Shown: positions 19,075 through 29,166, counted from the stretch's first letter. The stretch is 64,000 nt of DNA from an uncultured virus (IMG/VR IMGVR_UViG_3300034101_005937) (IMGVR_UViG_3300034101_005937:1-64000); one strand, 5' to 3'. The notes: generated from the letters alone by a model not told the origin. Program-made: numbers and translations.

Positions 19075-19692
19075 TTAGTTAAGTTTTTTTAAAGCATTTT
19101 CAGTCATTACAATAAATTCCCAGCTTCTTTTTTGGCAATAAACATTTGCTGCTTTCCATTTGGCAACATTCTTAGCCCATTTTGTTTGAGACTTGGGTTT
19201 TATTTCCCATAATTCAATCTTGCCATCTGTATACTCAACAAGAATATCTGGAATATAATTGTGTGACGATCCTTCAAAAAAGTATTCTATTTGAAGACTT
19301 TCGGCTTTATACTTTCTTACATTCGGATTTTTCTCAAGTATTTTTAAAAATTTCAACTCAAGACCACTTCTGAAAAATATATCGCATTGATTCTTTTCTG
19401 AATGAAAATTACCTTGCTTAAATTTTGAAAAATTATTTTTTTTATTTGGACTTTTTATGTCTCTTATGATTATTGCTCTTGTTTGAATGTTTTCTGGCAT
19501 ATTCATGCCTATATGCTTTGATCTATAGTGAATTTGCATGTCTCTGACAGGGTGTTGACACAGTGGACACAAGACATAATCATCACTTTCAGTATGATTA
19601 TTGACTATATGATCTTTTAACAGATCAATATCATTGAATGTATCTTGACAAACAAAGCAACAGAATTTTCTGGTTTTATCTTTTTTGTTCAT
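19075..19692 (-). CDS. C2H2 zinc finger fused to TnsA-N / T4 gp4-like head-completion nuclease
   Basis: CFVC..H..H and CPLC..H..H; FRSGLE, YIPDILV, EIKPK, KWKAA..YC. Confidence 0.75.
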   Translation of the reverse strand: MNKKDKTRKFCCFVCQDTFNDIDLLKDHIVNNHTESDDYVLCPLCQHPVRDMQIHYRSKHIGMNMPENIQTRAIIIRDIKSPNKKNNFSKFKQGNFHSEKNQCDIFFRSGLELKFLKILEKNPNVRKYKAESLQIEYFFEGSSHNYIPDILVEYTDGKIELWEIKPKSQTKWAKNVAKWKAANVYCQKRSWEFIVMTENALKKLN

Positions 19693-19710
19693 GTCATAAT
19701 ATATACTTTC

Positions 19711-20082
19711 GTGAAAACATTTATTGAATTTTTAAAAGAAGAACGAAAGAATTCAGACTTCATTGATACTTTCGGGACTATTTTCAACATAGATCAAGAT
19801 GCTTTTGAAAAAGCACTTGAAAAGACACCATCTGTATTTTCTCAGGCACTTTATGGTGATGACCAAATAGGTGTCGGAGCTTTTGATACTAAGAAGGTTG
19901 GAGAAAGAACGTATCAACTTAAAAACAGAGATGCTTTTGGCGACATAAGATATAGGAATAATGTCAAGATGCGTCAACCAGTTAAAACAATTATTAATAA
20001 ATCATTTATGGATTATCTTAAGACACAAGGGTTAGCTGGAAGTGAAAAGATAGTACCAAAAAATGAAAAGAAGGACAAATGA
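19711..20082 (+). CDS. putative internal head protein
   Basis: Likely GTG start giving MKTFIEFLKEE. Confidence 0.55.
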   Translation: MKTFIEFLKEERKNSDFIDTFGTIFNIDQDAFEKALEKTPSVFSQALYGDDQIGVGAFDTKKVGERTYQLKNRDAFGDIRYRNNVKMRQPVKTIINKSFMDYLKTQGLAGSEKIVPKNEKKDK

Positions 20083-20291
20083 AAGGATTCAAAAATTGGT
20101 TGAATGAAGTTTCCACAAGCACAGCAGATGTGGCACATTTTTCTTTACCAATTAATGCTGGAATGGTTACAAGAAACTTCCCTCAGTTCTTTAATGTTAA
20201 AGATTATGGTTTCGGTGGTCCTATACAACATTTAACTTCTACAGATTATATTCCAGAAAAAAGAAAAAAAAATAGAAAAAAACATTCTTGA
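20079..20291 (+). CDS. small putative internal head protein, basic C-tail
   Basis: MKGFKNWLNE; SD AAGGA. Confidence 0.6.
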   Translation: MKGFKNWLNEVSTSTADVAHFSLPINAGMVTRNFPQFFNVKDYGFGGPIQHLTSTDYIPEKRKKNRKKHS

Positions 20292-20399
20292 TGTATACAT
20301 AATGACGGAAGGTTTCGATCTTCTATATTGTCAAAAGATAAATTTTTAATAAGTAAGTCAAAAAAAATACAAATAATAATTAGATATATCTGGGTTTTC

Positions 20400-20430
20400 G
20401 GAGGTTTCCTTAAAAAACCTCCTTTTTTTA
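20400..20430 (+). terminator. intrinsic terminator
   Basis: ggaggttt...aaacctcc followed by a T run. Confidence 0.7.
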
Positions 20431-20481
20431 TTGATTCTTTTTAACAATTAAATATAATAAAGCAACCTAGAGGATTTTCAG

Positions 20482-21345
20482 ATGGATGCTTTTTCCCTTC
20501 TTCCAAAAACTAAAATTGATTGTTTAGACAAAGGATTTGTAGAAATAGTTGATGTAATGCCAAGAATTATTCCAGATGGACAAACATGCGATTATGCAAT
20601 TGCTCAAATGGCAAGGGTCAGTTATGGACAAGGAACTAAATCTGTCAACGAAGACAAAGGATTGATTCGTTATCTTCTCAGACACAATCATACTTCTCCA
20701 TTCGAGGGAATCGATTTTAAGCTGCATATGAAAATGCCTATCTTTATTGCTAGACAAATGATAAGGCACAGAACTGTATCGCTCAATGAAATCAGTGGCA
20801 GATATTCTGTAATGAAGGATGAATTTTACATTCCTAATGTTGAGGATTTGAGAAAACAGTCAACAACTAATAAGCAGGGTGGCGAAGAGATTTTTGAAAA
20901 AGAGTCATCTCAAGAATTTGTTGATAAGATTGATTCAAGTTGCAAAGATGCATATGCTTTTTATTTGCAAATGTTAGATGCTGGTGTTTCAAGAGAACAA
21001 GCCAGAATGATTTTGCCTCTTAATCTTTATACAGAATGGTACTGGAAACAGAACTTGCATAATTTGTTGCATCTTCTGTCCCTTCGAGCAGATGCACACG
21101 CTCAGAAGGAAATTAGGGTGTATGCTGATGCTATTCTTGAGCTTATTACGCCTTTGGTCCCATGGACTATTGAAGCATGGAATGATTATCATCCAATGCG
21201 TGGAGCAATGTCTTTAACAAAATTAGAAGTCGAAGCTATTTCAAATTCTGATATTAAAGGAACTATTCCTGAGATCCGCTCTGAAAACAAGAGAGAATCT
21301 CAGGAATGGAAAGTTAAAGCTGAAAAACTTTTTCCTAGTAAATAA
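20482..21345 (+). CDS. thyX: flavin-dependent thymidylate synthase
   Basis: HTSPFE, RHRTVSLNEISGRY, REQARMILP, HAQKEIR. Confidence 0.96.
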   Translation: MDAFSLLPKTKIDCLDKGFVEIVDVMPRIIPDGQTCDYAIAQMARVSYGQGTKSVNEDKGLIRYLLRHNHTSPFEGIDFKLHMKMPIFIARQMIRHRTVSLNEISGRYSVMKDEFYIPNVEDLRKQSTTNKQGGEEIFEKESSQEFVDKIDSSCKDAYAFYLQMLDAGVSREQARMILPLNLYTEWYWKQNLHNLLHLLSLRADAHAQKEIRVYADAILELITPLVPWTIEAWNDYHPMRGAMSLTKLEVEAISNSDIKGTIPEIRSENKRESQEWKVKAEKLFPSK

Positions 21346-21688
21346 CTTTTGATGTGTTTTGCATCTTATTATCTAATTCGATAAACTTGTTAAGCATTTC
21401 AACAAGTTTGTCTGCTCTTTCTCTTGTAATAAGGACTTCATCAAAGCTTCCTGATTTATTATTGATTCCAAACAAATATGTAAAAGCATTTTTTAATCTT
21501 TCAAAAAAAGTAGTAGGAGCTAAATGTATTTGCACATAGAACTCACAACCTTCTAACTTCTTGTTATCTGTCCACCAAGTTAATCCAAAATGTGCCATGT
21601 GTTCTAAAGACCCACATTGACAAATAATGAATTCCGATACTTCTTCATACTTTCTGACTGGCATAGTTAGCCTCCTTGATGGTCTCAT
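21335..21688 (-). CDS. hypothetical protein
   Basis: ICQCGSLEH; SD AGGAGG suggests a start near 21664. Confidence 0.6.
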   Translation of the reverse strand: MRPSRRLTMPVRKYEEVSEFIICQCGSLEHMAHFGLTWWTDNKKLEGCEFYVQIHLAPTTFFERLKNAFTYLFGINNKSGSFDEVLITRERADKLVEMLNKFIELDNKMQNTSKVIY

Positions 21689-21758
21689 TCTGCCATTTTA
21701 TTAAATGAAGTCAATACCCTTTTGTTTTATTTGACTAGTTTAATTTGGAGGAAAAATT

Positions 21759-22190
21759 ATGAATGGTGATAATTCTTGGCGTTATATGCTTTTGTTTTTT
21801 CAATTGATAACTCTGATTGGTGTTACAACTTTAAATTGTAATAACAATCGTGTTAACACATTGCAAAGCGGTGCAAAGATTGAACAATCAGAACTAGAAG
21901 CACAACTTGCTAATAAAAATTTGTATCTGGACAATTATACTTGGACTGTGTCAAAAACTCCAAGTGTAACTATCATTGACAATCAAGTTATAGATGGAAT
22001 TAACATTATTTTCTTAGAATTGAACGATAGTAGGACTGTTCGATTGAATGAAGCTAAGTTTTCAGCTAAAGAAAACGATAATGTTGTTACTGTAAAAGTT
22101 AAAGCTTTTTGCAAATCTTACGCAGAAAGAGTTAAGGGTAGAATGATTCTTACAAAGACAAGCGTGATTGATTCTAAAATTTCAGAATAA
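21759..22190 (+). CDS. putative membrane/lipoprotein
   Basis: SD GGAGG; N-terminal hydrophobic stretch followed by Cys. Confidence 0.6.
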   Translation: MNGDNSWRYMLLFFQLITLIGVTTLNCNNNRVNTLQSGAKIEQSELEAQLANKNLYLDNYTWTVSKTPSVTIIDNQVIDGINIIFLELNDSRTVRLNEAKFSAKENDNVVTVKVKAFCKSYAERVKGRMILTKTSVIDSKISE

Positions 22191-22574
22191 TTACCTTCGA
22201 CCGAAGGCTTCTGTCCTACTTTGGTCAAGTAGGACAGTATGCTTTTGATTTAACTGGTGATTTTTATAATAAGTTGGTTTTGAGTAATAGATAGGCTTGT
22301 TAGCTGTTGGTGTATTATATAATTTGGGGGTAGATGAACTGGGAACAACTTGCGGAAGAGACTTTGGTTCTTCTTTTGGACTTTCTTTTGGTTCTTTTTT
22401 TTGTTGGTTTGCCTGTAGTAACTCTTCTTTACTGTTTGCATCAAGTTCTTTGATTAACTCTTTGATCGCAGCTTTGTCTATTTCCTTTTTGCTGGGAAAT
22501 TTAACAACAGGCAAATCTTGAGCTAAACAATTTAAGCTAAATGCAAACAGTAAAAAAAGAATTAATTTTTTCAA
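22191..22574 (-). CDS. secreted hypothetical protein
   Basis: Signal peptide MKKLILFLLFAFSLNCLA. Confidence 0.65.
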   Translation of the reverse strand: MKKLILFLLFAFSLNCLAQDLPVVKFPSKKEIDKAAIKELIKELDANSKEELLQANQQKKEPKESPKEEPKSLPQVVPSSSTPKLYNTPTANKPIYYSKPTYYKNHQLNQKHTVLLDQSRTEAFGRR

Positions 22575-23080
22575 GACTTATCCTCATCAATTGCTTTTTC
22601 AATAGCTGCAAGTACTGCTTGCAAAATCTTTTGTCCATACTTTTCAAACACATATGGAATTACTTTTTCGAGCATAACTTGAATCATTGTTGCGCTCATC
22701 ATATCAATGTTTTTGTCACTGATCATATCTTCAATTTCACGTTTGCCCATAACAGTTGCACCAAATGATTTGATGCTTTCGGCTTCTACCATATTGGCTA
22801 CCATCTTTTTTCTAGAAACCATTGAGATAAAGAAATCTAAAACAAATGGACCAAACAGTCTGAATGATTCAATAATAAAGGCAAAGGAAAAGCCATTCCT
22901 AAGTCCTTCTGTTACTGTGCTAAGTACTTCAGGACCATACTTATTTAAACAATCAGCAACAAATTCTGTGGAAGCGCCCATGTTGAGAGCATCTTCCTTC
23001 ATTACTTCAATGTCAGTCAATGAATATCTTGTTTCTGGCTCACTCATATCAAGCTCCTTATACTTTAACAACAGGGACAT
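22571..23080 (-). CDS. hypothetical protein with internal repeat
   Basis: LNKYGPEVL / FRLFGPFVL / FEKYGQKIL repeats. Confidence 0.65.
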   Translation of the reverse strand: MSLLLKYKELDMSEPETRYSLTDIEVMKEDALNMGASTEFVADCLNKYGPEVLSTVTEGLRNGFSFAFIIESFRLFGPFVLDFFISMVSRKKMVANMVEAESIKSFGATVMGKREIEDMISDKNIDMMSATMIQVMLEKVIPYVFEKYGQKILQAVLAAIEKAIDEDKS

Positions 23081-23864
23081 CGTCTGCCGGATCTTTATCT
23101 AGATGATCTTCCACAATACCTTGGAAAGCAAAACAATCAAGCTTGCTTCGGCTTGTAAAATGTTCTTTTCTAACATAGCAATAGCCACCTAATCCAAAAC
23201 TGGAACCCCAACTATTCTGAAGTTTTACCAACCAGCCATACTTGCTATGTTGTTTTATTCCGCATGCAAGCATTGAATGTCCTCCACCACCACCATTTGG
23301 AAGTGGAGAAATACCTTCTGAATCAACTTTAATAAAGTTAGATCCAACAAGGATACCGATGTTTACAACAAAACCAAGATTGATTGCTTGGCAAACTTCT
23401 TCAAATGTGTCACATTGATAAGCATATCCCAGCTTAAATCTAGCAGCATTGTCATAAGAAGCCTTGGTTAGACTGCTCTTGTAATAAACACGGTCATGTG
23501 GGAATGCACTTGTTTCGCAGATTCCATACTTTCTAAGCATATTAAGGCTATCTGAAATATAAGCTCCACCATCTTGTCCACCATTAATTAAAGCATAGTG
23601 GAAGAATGGATTGAAACTTTTTTGAATGTTTTGACGTTGCTTTTGCAAAATTTCCATTCCAGCAGCAGATGCATGACCAACACAGCTGTTAGTTGACTTT
23701 TGGTTTAGGATTCTATGCCCTTGCCAAGACATATCAATTTCTTTAAGAACAGCAGCGTTAAAGCTCTTGAACGCATCTCCAAACTTTGGAGTATCATTTT
23801 CTGGACTTGGTGTGTGTGAAAGAATACGATAATAACCGTCGAAATATATTGATGGAAAACTCAT
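23058..23864 (-). CDS. papain-like (C1 family) cysteine peptidase
   Basis: NQ..TNSCVGHA, GGHSM, LQNSWG..FG..GY. Confidence 0.9.
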   Translation of the reverse strand: MSFPSIYFDGYYRILSHTPSPENDTPKFGDAFKSFNAAVLKEIDMSWQGHRILNQKSTNSCVGHASAAGMEILQKQRQNIQKSFNPFFHYALINGGQDGGAYISDSLNMLRKYGICETSAFPHDRVYYKSSLTKASYDNAARFKLGYAYQCDTFEEVCQAINLGFVVNIGILVGSNFIKVDSEGISPLPNGGGGGHSMLACGIKQHSKYGWLVKLQNSWGSSFGLGGYCYVRKEHFTSRSKLDCFAFQGIVEDHLDKDPADDVPVVKV

Positions 23865-23865
23865 G

Positions 23866-24615
23866 TTATTCTCCCTTTGTAATTTTGTTTAGAACTTTAA
23901 TAACTTCTGCTTCTGTTTTTGGAATAGCACTGTAGTAAAGGACAGTTCCATCAGTTTTTTGTACAACAAACAAATTATTACTGTTTAATTTCTTAAGAAG
24001 CCCATCCATCTTCTTCTGTTTGACAACCAAACTGTTAACATCATAAACCTTATAAAAGCTTTTTGTTTTTAGAATAATATCTCTGATATCTTTACCATTT
24101 AAAACAGCTGCAATATCTGGTGTTGATTCATTATAATCTGTTAAAAAAGTAACATGCAAACCTTCTGGAACCTTTTCTATTACTACATCTGGATCAATAG
24201 GATCATTTGGATCTGGTTTTACTGGATCAGGCTTAACGCCTTTAACTGTAATGTCGGTTCTTGCAAAATCCGTTAGCTTGCCTTCTATAAGAGCAATAGC
24301 AAAAACATTAATGCTTCCAGATTGAGGAACAGAAACAATTAAACTATTTGCAGCATCATTAGCAACATATTTAACTTTGCTGTTACCAACTACAAACCAT
24401 TTAACTTGTCCCTTGGATTTAGCTTGGACAACAAGAAATCCTTCACTGCTATCAACCGTGATTGGTTCAGGCAGTTCAAGTCCTTCAACTTTATTTGTAA
24501 TTGAATATATGGGTGACTGCGGGATTGCTGGTGGTTCAACTGCTATAAGTGAATCAGCAGAAAAACATGAAACTGTAAAAAGAGCAGAAAGCAAAACACT
24601 TAGTAGAAATTTCAT
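23866..24615 (-). CDS. secreted protein with Pro/Asp linker
   Basis: Signal peptide; KPDPVKPDPNDPIDPD linker between two domains. Confidence 0.7.
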   Translation of the reverse strand: MKFLLSVLLSALFTVSCFSADSLIAVEPPAIPQSPIYSITNKVEGLELPEPITVDSSEGFLVVQAKSKGQVKWFVVGNSKVKYVANDAANSLIVSVPQSGSINVFAIALIEGKLTDFARTDITVKGVKPDPVKPDPNDPIDPDVVIEKVPEGLHVTFLTDYNESTPDIAAVLNGKDIRDIILKTKSFYKVYDVNSLVVKQKKMDGLLKKLNSNNLFVVQKTDGTVLYYSAIPKTEAEVIKVLNKITKGE

Positions 24616-24642
24616 TTCATCTCCATGAAGCTGTGTATGCTG

Positions 24643-25920
24643 TTAAAATAGTATATTTTCTTTAATTAGTAACCAATTTTTGAAAGTCAAAGATAGTTTT
24701 GCTTCTTCTAAACTGTTGAGTAGTCGTGCAACACCAGATTGTCCAGCAGCACCAAGGGTTTTTAATCCTTCTCCGCATTTATCTGGATTGTCTATACAAA
24801 AAGAATTTAAATAATCTTTAGTATCATCTATTGCTGAAAATAAATTTTTCCAAATTTTTTCTTCCTTCAAAGTTTTATTAAGATTGCTACCTGTTAGTCC
24901 ATGATTTTTTTCATAATATTCAAATCTTCTTATCAAGTTATTAGTTAACGATTCTTTGCTAAAATCACAACTATTGTTTGTGAATATCTCAACAATTTTT
25001 TTCAACATTTCTTCATGTTCTTCTGAACCAATTTTATTTACATTTTTTTCTTTGTGAAGGTCTTGCAGATCTCTAGATCCATAAATATATCCAAATCTAT
25101 AAAGTCTTTTTAGTATTGTTAAGACAGAGAAAGGTAATTTTTTTTGTTCAATAAAACTTAATTTTTTCATTAAAATATCAATAAATTCTCTTAAATTCAT
25201 TAAGAACTCTTTATCTTTGAAAGATAATACTTCCTTTTTTGGTTCTGGTTCTGGTTCTGGTTCTGGTAATTCTCCTGTTCTTGTCATTTCTCCAGTGTCT
25301 TCATCGTCTGCTGGAAGAGGAGCAGGACCAGTTGGGTCTGACATTATTGGAGGACCACCACTGCCATCTGGCGGCGTAACAATTGGCGCAGGATCTTTTG
25401 GTTTTCTTGGTTTTCTTGGTTTTTTTGGCACTTCGGCTTCTGCTTCAGCCTCTGCCTCGGCTTCAGCTTCTATTTTTTCTTTTGCAGGAACAGGTGTAAA
25501 AGTAGGAGAACTTTTTGTTGGTCCGTATTCTTTTTCTGTTGTAGTTTCTCCACTTACTGCTTTTGTAATTGCAATGTCTGAATTTTTTCTTAAATTATCT
25601 AAGATTTTATTTGCAGTAGCTTCATCTCCAGTACTTTTTACTAAGCTATTTTTAAAGGTTCTATAAGCGAAATCTAATTGATTTTTTAAAATTTCTGTTG
25701 CTTTGGTAATATCTTTACTGCCATATCCTGATTTCCAACCATGATACAAACCGCTTAAAGCGCCACCAATACCTCCAAAAATCCCTTCATTAAGGTTTCT
25801 TGTGTTATTGATCTTCATCGCTAATGAGATCAAATCAGTTGGACTAACTCTTTTTTCAACCAAAAAATTTACGAATTGATCGTCGATTAGCTTTTTTCTT
25901 AGTTGATGTAAATTGTGCAT
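24643..25920 (-). CDS. putative virion/internal protein with low-complexity linker
   Basis: TAAATA at 25945-25950 (minus); LNE-GIFGGIGG; EA/PE/KPR repeats; C-terminal TFKNWLLIKE. Confidence 0.6.
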   Translation of the reverse strand: MHNLHQLRKKLIDDQFVNFLVEKRVSPTDLISLAMKINNTRNLNEGIFGGIGGALSGLYHGWKSGYGSKDITKATEILKNQLDFAYRTFKNSLVKSTGDEATANKILDNLRKNSDIAITKAVSGETTTEKEYGPTKSSPTFTPVPAKEKIEAEAEAEAEAEAEVPKKPRKPRKPKDPAPIVTPPDGSGGPPIMSDPTGPAPLPADDEDTGEMTRTGELPEPEPEPEPKKEVLSFKDKEFLMNLREFIDILMKKLSFIEQKKLPFSVLTILKRLYRFGYIYGSRDLQDLHKEKNVNKIGSEEHEEMLKKIVEIFTNNSCDFSKESLTNNLIRRFEYYEKNHGLTGSNLNKTLKEEKIWKNLFSAIDDTKDYLNSFCIDNPDKCGEGLKTLGAAGQSGVARLLNSLEEAKLSLTFKNWLLIKENILF

Positions 25921-25954
25921 ATTTTCCTTTAGTTTCTTTAACTATATTTACTTC

Positions 25955-27325
25955 ATGAACAATATTTTTTCAAAATTAATAGATAAGCTTTTTGTTAAAC
26001 CAATAACAATTAATGTTATTGGAGATGTTATTATTGATGAATATTATCATGTTGAAGTTGACAGAATAAGTCCAGAATTTCCAATTCCAGTTCACAGTTC
26101 TAATACATCTGAACCATATCAGACATTATGCGGAGGTGCAGCTAATGTTGCTTATCAATTCCGCAATTTTAATGTAAAAGTTAATATTATCTCTTTGTTG
26201 AACCCTAAATCAGAACAAATTTGTTCTTCAAATGGAATAAATACTCAATATTCAATTGTTGATGAAAAAATTAACAACCCAATAAAAAGAAGATTTTACA
26301 AAGATTTTCACCCTTTAACCAGATGGGATATTGAAAAGTCTAATTTTGGACTAAGCAATATTGACTCTTATCTTGAAGAACTCAAGATTCCAGAAGCAGA
26401 TATTAATATTTTTTCAGATTATGATAAAGGATTATTTTCAACAAATTGGCATAAAAAATATTTAAAGCAAAGTAAATCGCTCGTTGATCCCAAAAAGAAT
26501 CTTAACATTTGGGAAGGATGTTATTTATTTAAGCCTAATGCTGTTGAAGCAAAAAGATTTGTCAGCAAAGAAAAAGTTGAAGATCAGTTGAAATGGCTTC
26601 ATGCATTGTTAGGATGTAATAATGTTGTTATTACAAATGCAGGGGAATGTGTAGATGCAATTGATGATAATGACAAAATATATCATGTAACACCTAGTAA
26701 AAAAGTAATAAAACCAGAAAGCGTAATTGGTGCTGGAGATGCATACATGGCATTCTTGGCAATGTCACTAGGTCTAGGCATCGATTTTTTAGAATCATTA
26801 AACATTTCGTTTGAAGCTGGGATTAATTATGTTGCTAACCGTTATAACAAACCTTTAAACCCATCAGATTTTTTTGTTGAAGATAAAGTGATTGATAATC
26901 CTGCTGTGTTAAGAAACAGGGATTTTAGCTTAGTGTGGACTAATGGCTGCATGGATCTTACACATTATGGTCATATATCATCTTTAAAACAAGCAAAATC
27001 TTTTGGTGACAAACTCTGTGTTGGTATTAATTCAGATGAGAGTATAGCTAAATTGAAGGGTGAAAAAAGACCAATCATACCTTTGTCTCAAAGAATTGAA
27101 ATGTTAAAAGCAATAAAATATGTAGATTTTATTTTTGTTTTAGAAGAAGATTTCCCTCAAAATGCAATTGAATCAATTAAACCAAATGTTTTGGTTAAGG
27201 GTGAAGATTGGAGAGGTAAAAACATTGCTGGAGCCAATGTTGTTGATAGAATTGAATTCATTCCTTTGGTCGAAGGTCTATCAACAACTAATATTATTGA
27301 TAAAATCATTCATGCTTATGGATGA
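25955..27325 (+). CDS. hldE: bifunctional heptose-7-phosphate kinase / heptose-1-phosphate adenylyltransferase
   Basis: VIGDVIIDEY..RISPE.PIPV, GGAANVA, SDYDKG, GAGD, TNGCMD..HYGH, GINSDES, LVKG.D. Confidence 0.93.
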   Translation: MNNIFSKLIDKLFVKPITINVIGDVIIDEYYHVEVDRISPEFPIPVHSSNTSEPYQTLCGGAANVAYQFRNFNVKVNIISLLNPKSEQICSSNGINTQYSIVDEKINNPIKRRFYKDFHPLTRWDIEKSNFGLSNIDSYLEELKIPEADINIFSDYDKGLFSTNWHKKYLKQSKSLVDPKKNLNIWEGCYLFKPNAVEAKRFVSKEKVEDQLKWLHALLGCNNVVITNAGECVDAIDDNDKIYHVTPSKKVIKPESVIGAGDAYMAFLAMSLGLGIDFLESLNISFEAGINYVANRYNKPLNPSDFFVEDKVIDNPAVLRNRDFSLVWTNGCMDLTHYGHISSLKQAKSFGDKLCVGINSDESIAKLKGEKRPIIPLSQRIEMLKAIKYVDFIFVLEEDFPQNAIESIKPNVLVKGEDWRGKNIAGANVVDRIEFIPLVEGLSTTNIIDKIIHAYG

Positions 27326-27462
27326 GTTTTGCTTTAACAAATGGGCAGTAGTGAAACTGTCCAATGATTGTTGAAGTTACACCAACAAAAAAACCTAAAA
27401 CAAAAGCCACTACCAATGTGATAAATGTTTTCATTTTTGAACCCTCCTAAATAAATAGAGAT

Positions 27463-27780
27463 ATGTTATCATTTAAAAAATATATGAATCAAATTGAAGA
27501 AGCCGCAGCTACTATTCCAGCTGTAGGAACAACTAGTGCTACTACTAAGACACCAGCATCTACCAAGCCTATAAATCCAGCTACTAGAACTGCTCTTGAA
27601 ACAGCAGCAAAAGCCAATCCAGTTGCTCTTCGTCTATTTTCTACGGGAGATCAAAAAGGCGCAATAAAAAAATTAAGAGAAGATCCTAAATTTTTAACAG
27701 CAATGGCACAGGTGACTGCTGCTAATCCTGCTGCCAACGCCGCTGCTTTAGTTAATGCTGCTTTGGGTGGAAATCCATGA
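27463..27780 (+). CDS. Ala-rich putative internal head protein
   Basis: MLSFKKYMNQIEE; TAAATA at 27452-27457. Confidence 0.6.
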   Translation: MLSFKKYMNQIEEAAATIPAVGTTSATTKTPASTKPINPATRTALETAAKANPVALRLFSTGDQKGAIKKLREDPKFLTAMAQVTAANPAANAAALVNAALGGNP

Positions 27781-27935
27781 CTTTCAAAGACTTCTTACAA
27801 CTTGATGAAAGAAATGGTCATGGTGGCAGTCGCCATAACAGCTTTACTGTATTGAGGATGAATATTCCAAAAACAGTTGGACCACATTTCCCTAAATCTC
27901 CAAAAAATATGAGAAAGAAACTCTTTAAGTTTTGA
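27777..27935 (+). CDS. 52-aa putative internal head protein (absent from ORF track)
   Basis: ATGA-coupled to the upstream gene; MTFKDFLQLDERNGHGG...KKLFKF. Confidence 0.6.
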   Translation: MTFKDFLQLDERNGHGGSRHNSFTVLRMNIPKTVGPHFPKSPKNMRKKLFKF

Positions 27936-28513
27936 TGGTTCTATTTCCAGAAATTAAATATCCAAAGTTCAATCTAGGTATTGTTGTCCCTCCATACAAA
28001 CCATATGATGTTTTGTCATTTCTATGTTGGTTTTCTTTTTACAAGAACATGCCAAAAGTAAATCCAGTAATTTTTGTTTCAGGAAATTCTCAAGTCGATA
28101 TGGTTCCTTGGGCAAGAAAAATTGGAATTCCTGTATTTTATGTTCATTCATGTTTCAATCCAACCATTCTTACAAGAATTAATATATGGGATAGATCTTG
28201 TGCTATTGTTGTATCAAATGTTTTTTGTATGAACAAATTTAAATTTACACGAAACATTAGAGACAAATATGTATTGATAACCAGTCCTGTTCATGATACT
28301 GATTCGGTTTCTTATGGGAAAATGGAAGAAAATAAGTGTTATGATTTAGTTCATTGGAATATTCAAAATAATTTTGAAGAAGTCAGAGATAGGATAGTAA
28401 ATAGTAATAGCATCTTTTTAGGTGATAAGAGTTTAAATCAAATTAAACTTGAATCATTTTGGAATGATGCTAAGAACATAAGAACTCTTTTGGATAAGGA
28501 GGCACCGCCATGA
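27932..28513 (+). CDS. hypothetical protein
   Basis: 193-aa ORF. Confidence 0.6.
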   Translation: MMVLFPEIKYPKFNLGIVVPPYKPYDVLSFLCWFSFYKNMPKVNPVIFVSGNSQVDMVPWARKIGIPVFYVHSCFNPTILTRINIWDRSCAIVVSNVFCMNKFKFTRNIRDKYVLITSPVHDTDSVSYGKMEENKCYDLVHWNIQNNFEEVRDRIVNSNSIFLGDKSLNQIKLESFWNDAKNIRTLLDKEAPP

Positions 28514-28788
28514 AAAGATTTGATTTTGAAACATATGGCGATGATGAGTTCGATGACGACTTTGAAGATGAAGATGAAGACGGAAACGAAAGTTTCATCG
28601 ATTCTCAAATGTTAGCCATACAGATGGAACAAAATATTCTTCTTGAGCAAGAAATTCAAACAAAATTGCTTGAGGAATCATTGAAAATTTGTAAAAGTTC
28701 TTGGTTTTGGTCGTTTATATCATTAAAAAATAAAATGGAAAAAATTAAAATTGCTTATAATGAATTAAAAAAATTGATTCAAGATTAA
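28510..28788 (+). CDS. acidic hypothetical protein
   Basis: SD AAGGAGG; D/E-rich N-terminus. Confidence 0.7.
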   Translation: MKRFDFETYGDDEFDDDFEDEDEDGNESFIDSQMLAIQMEQNILLEQEIQTKLLEESLKICKSSWFWSFISLKNKMEKIKIAYNELKKLIQD

Positions 28789-28838
28789 GTTTTTCAAACC
28801 TTGCACTAATTTATTGATATAGTTCAAGGGTCAATGTC

Positions 28839-29165
28839 TTGCCTACATATAATTTTGCTTGTAAAAACTGTGATAAAAACTACGAAGCACTAGCGTCTTT
28901 CGATCCAAAAGGTCGATACGCTAGCGTTTCATGTCCTGATTGTAATTCGAAGAAAAAGAAAAAATTAATAAATGATGCTAATATTAAGTTCGCCCAACCT
29001 AAAGACACTAGTAAATTTGATAATTTTAATTACAGGGCTGGATATAACTTGGAACAAGCTCAAGATCTAAGAAGAAAAGCAGAAAGTTCTTCCCATATGG
29101 GAACAACTCCGTATAATCCGATTGATGATATTTCTAGTGGCAATCACTTTGGAGAGGTAAAATAA
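28839..29165 (+). CDS. FmdB-family zinc-ribbon protein
   Basis: MPTYNFACKNC ... CPDC. Confidence 0.8.
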   Translation: MPTYNFACKNCDKNYEALASFDPKGRYASVSCPDCNSKKKKKLINDANIKFAQPKDTSKFDNFNYRAGYNLEQAQDLRRKAESSSHMGTTPYNPIDDISSGNHFGEVK

Positions 29166-29166
29166 C

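Noticed and set aside
19075..19692. Tn7-like transposon (TnsA)
   Set aside because: No tnsB/tnsC or terminal repeats; the fold is shared with phage gp4-like head-completion nucleases
25217..25666. 149-aa plus-strand ORF with GS/SA repeats
   Set aside because: Antisense shadow of the low-complexity PE/EA/KPR linker of ORF 24643-25920
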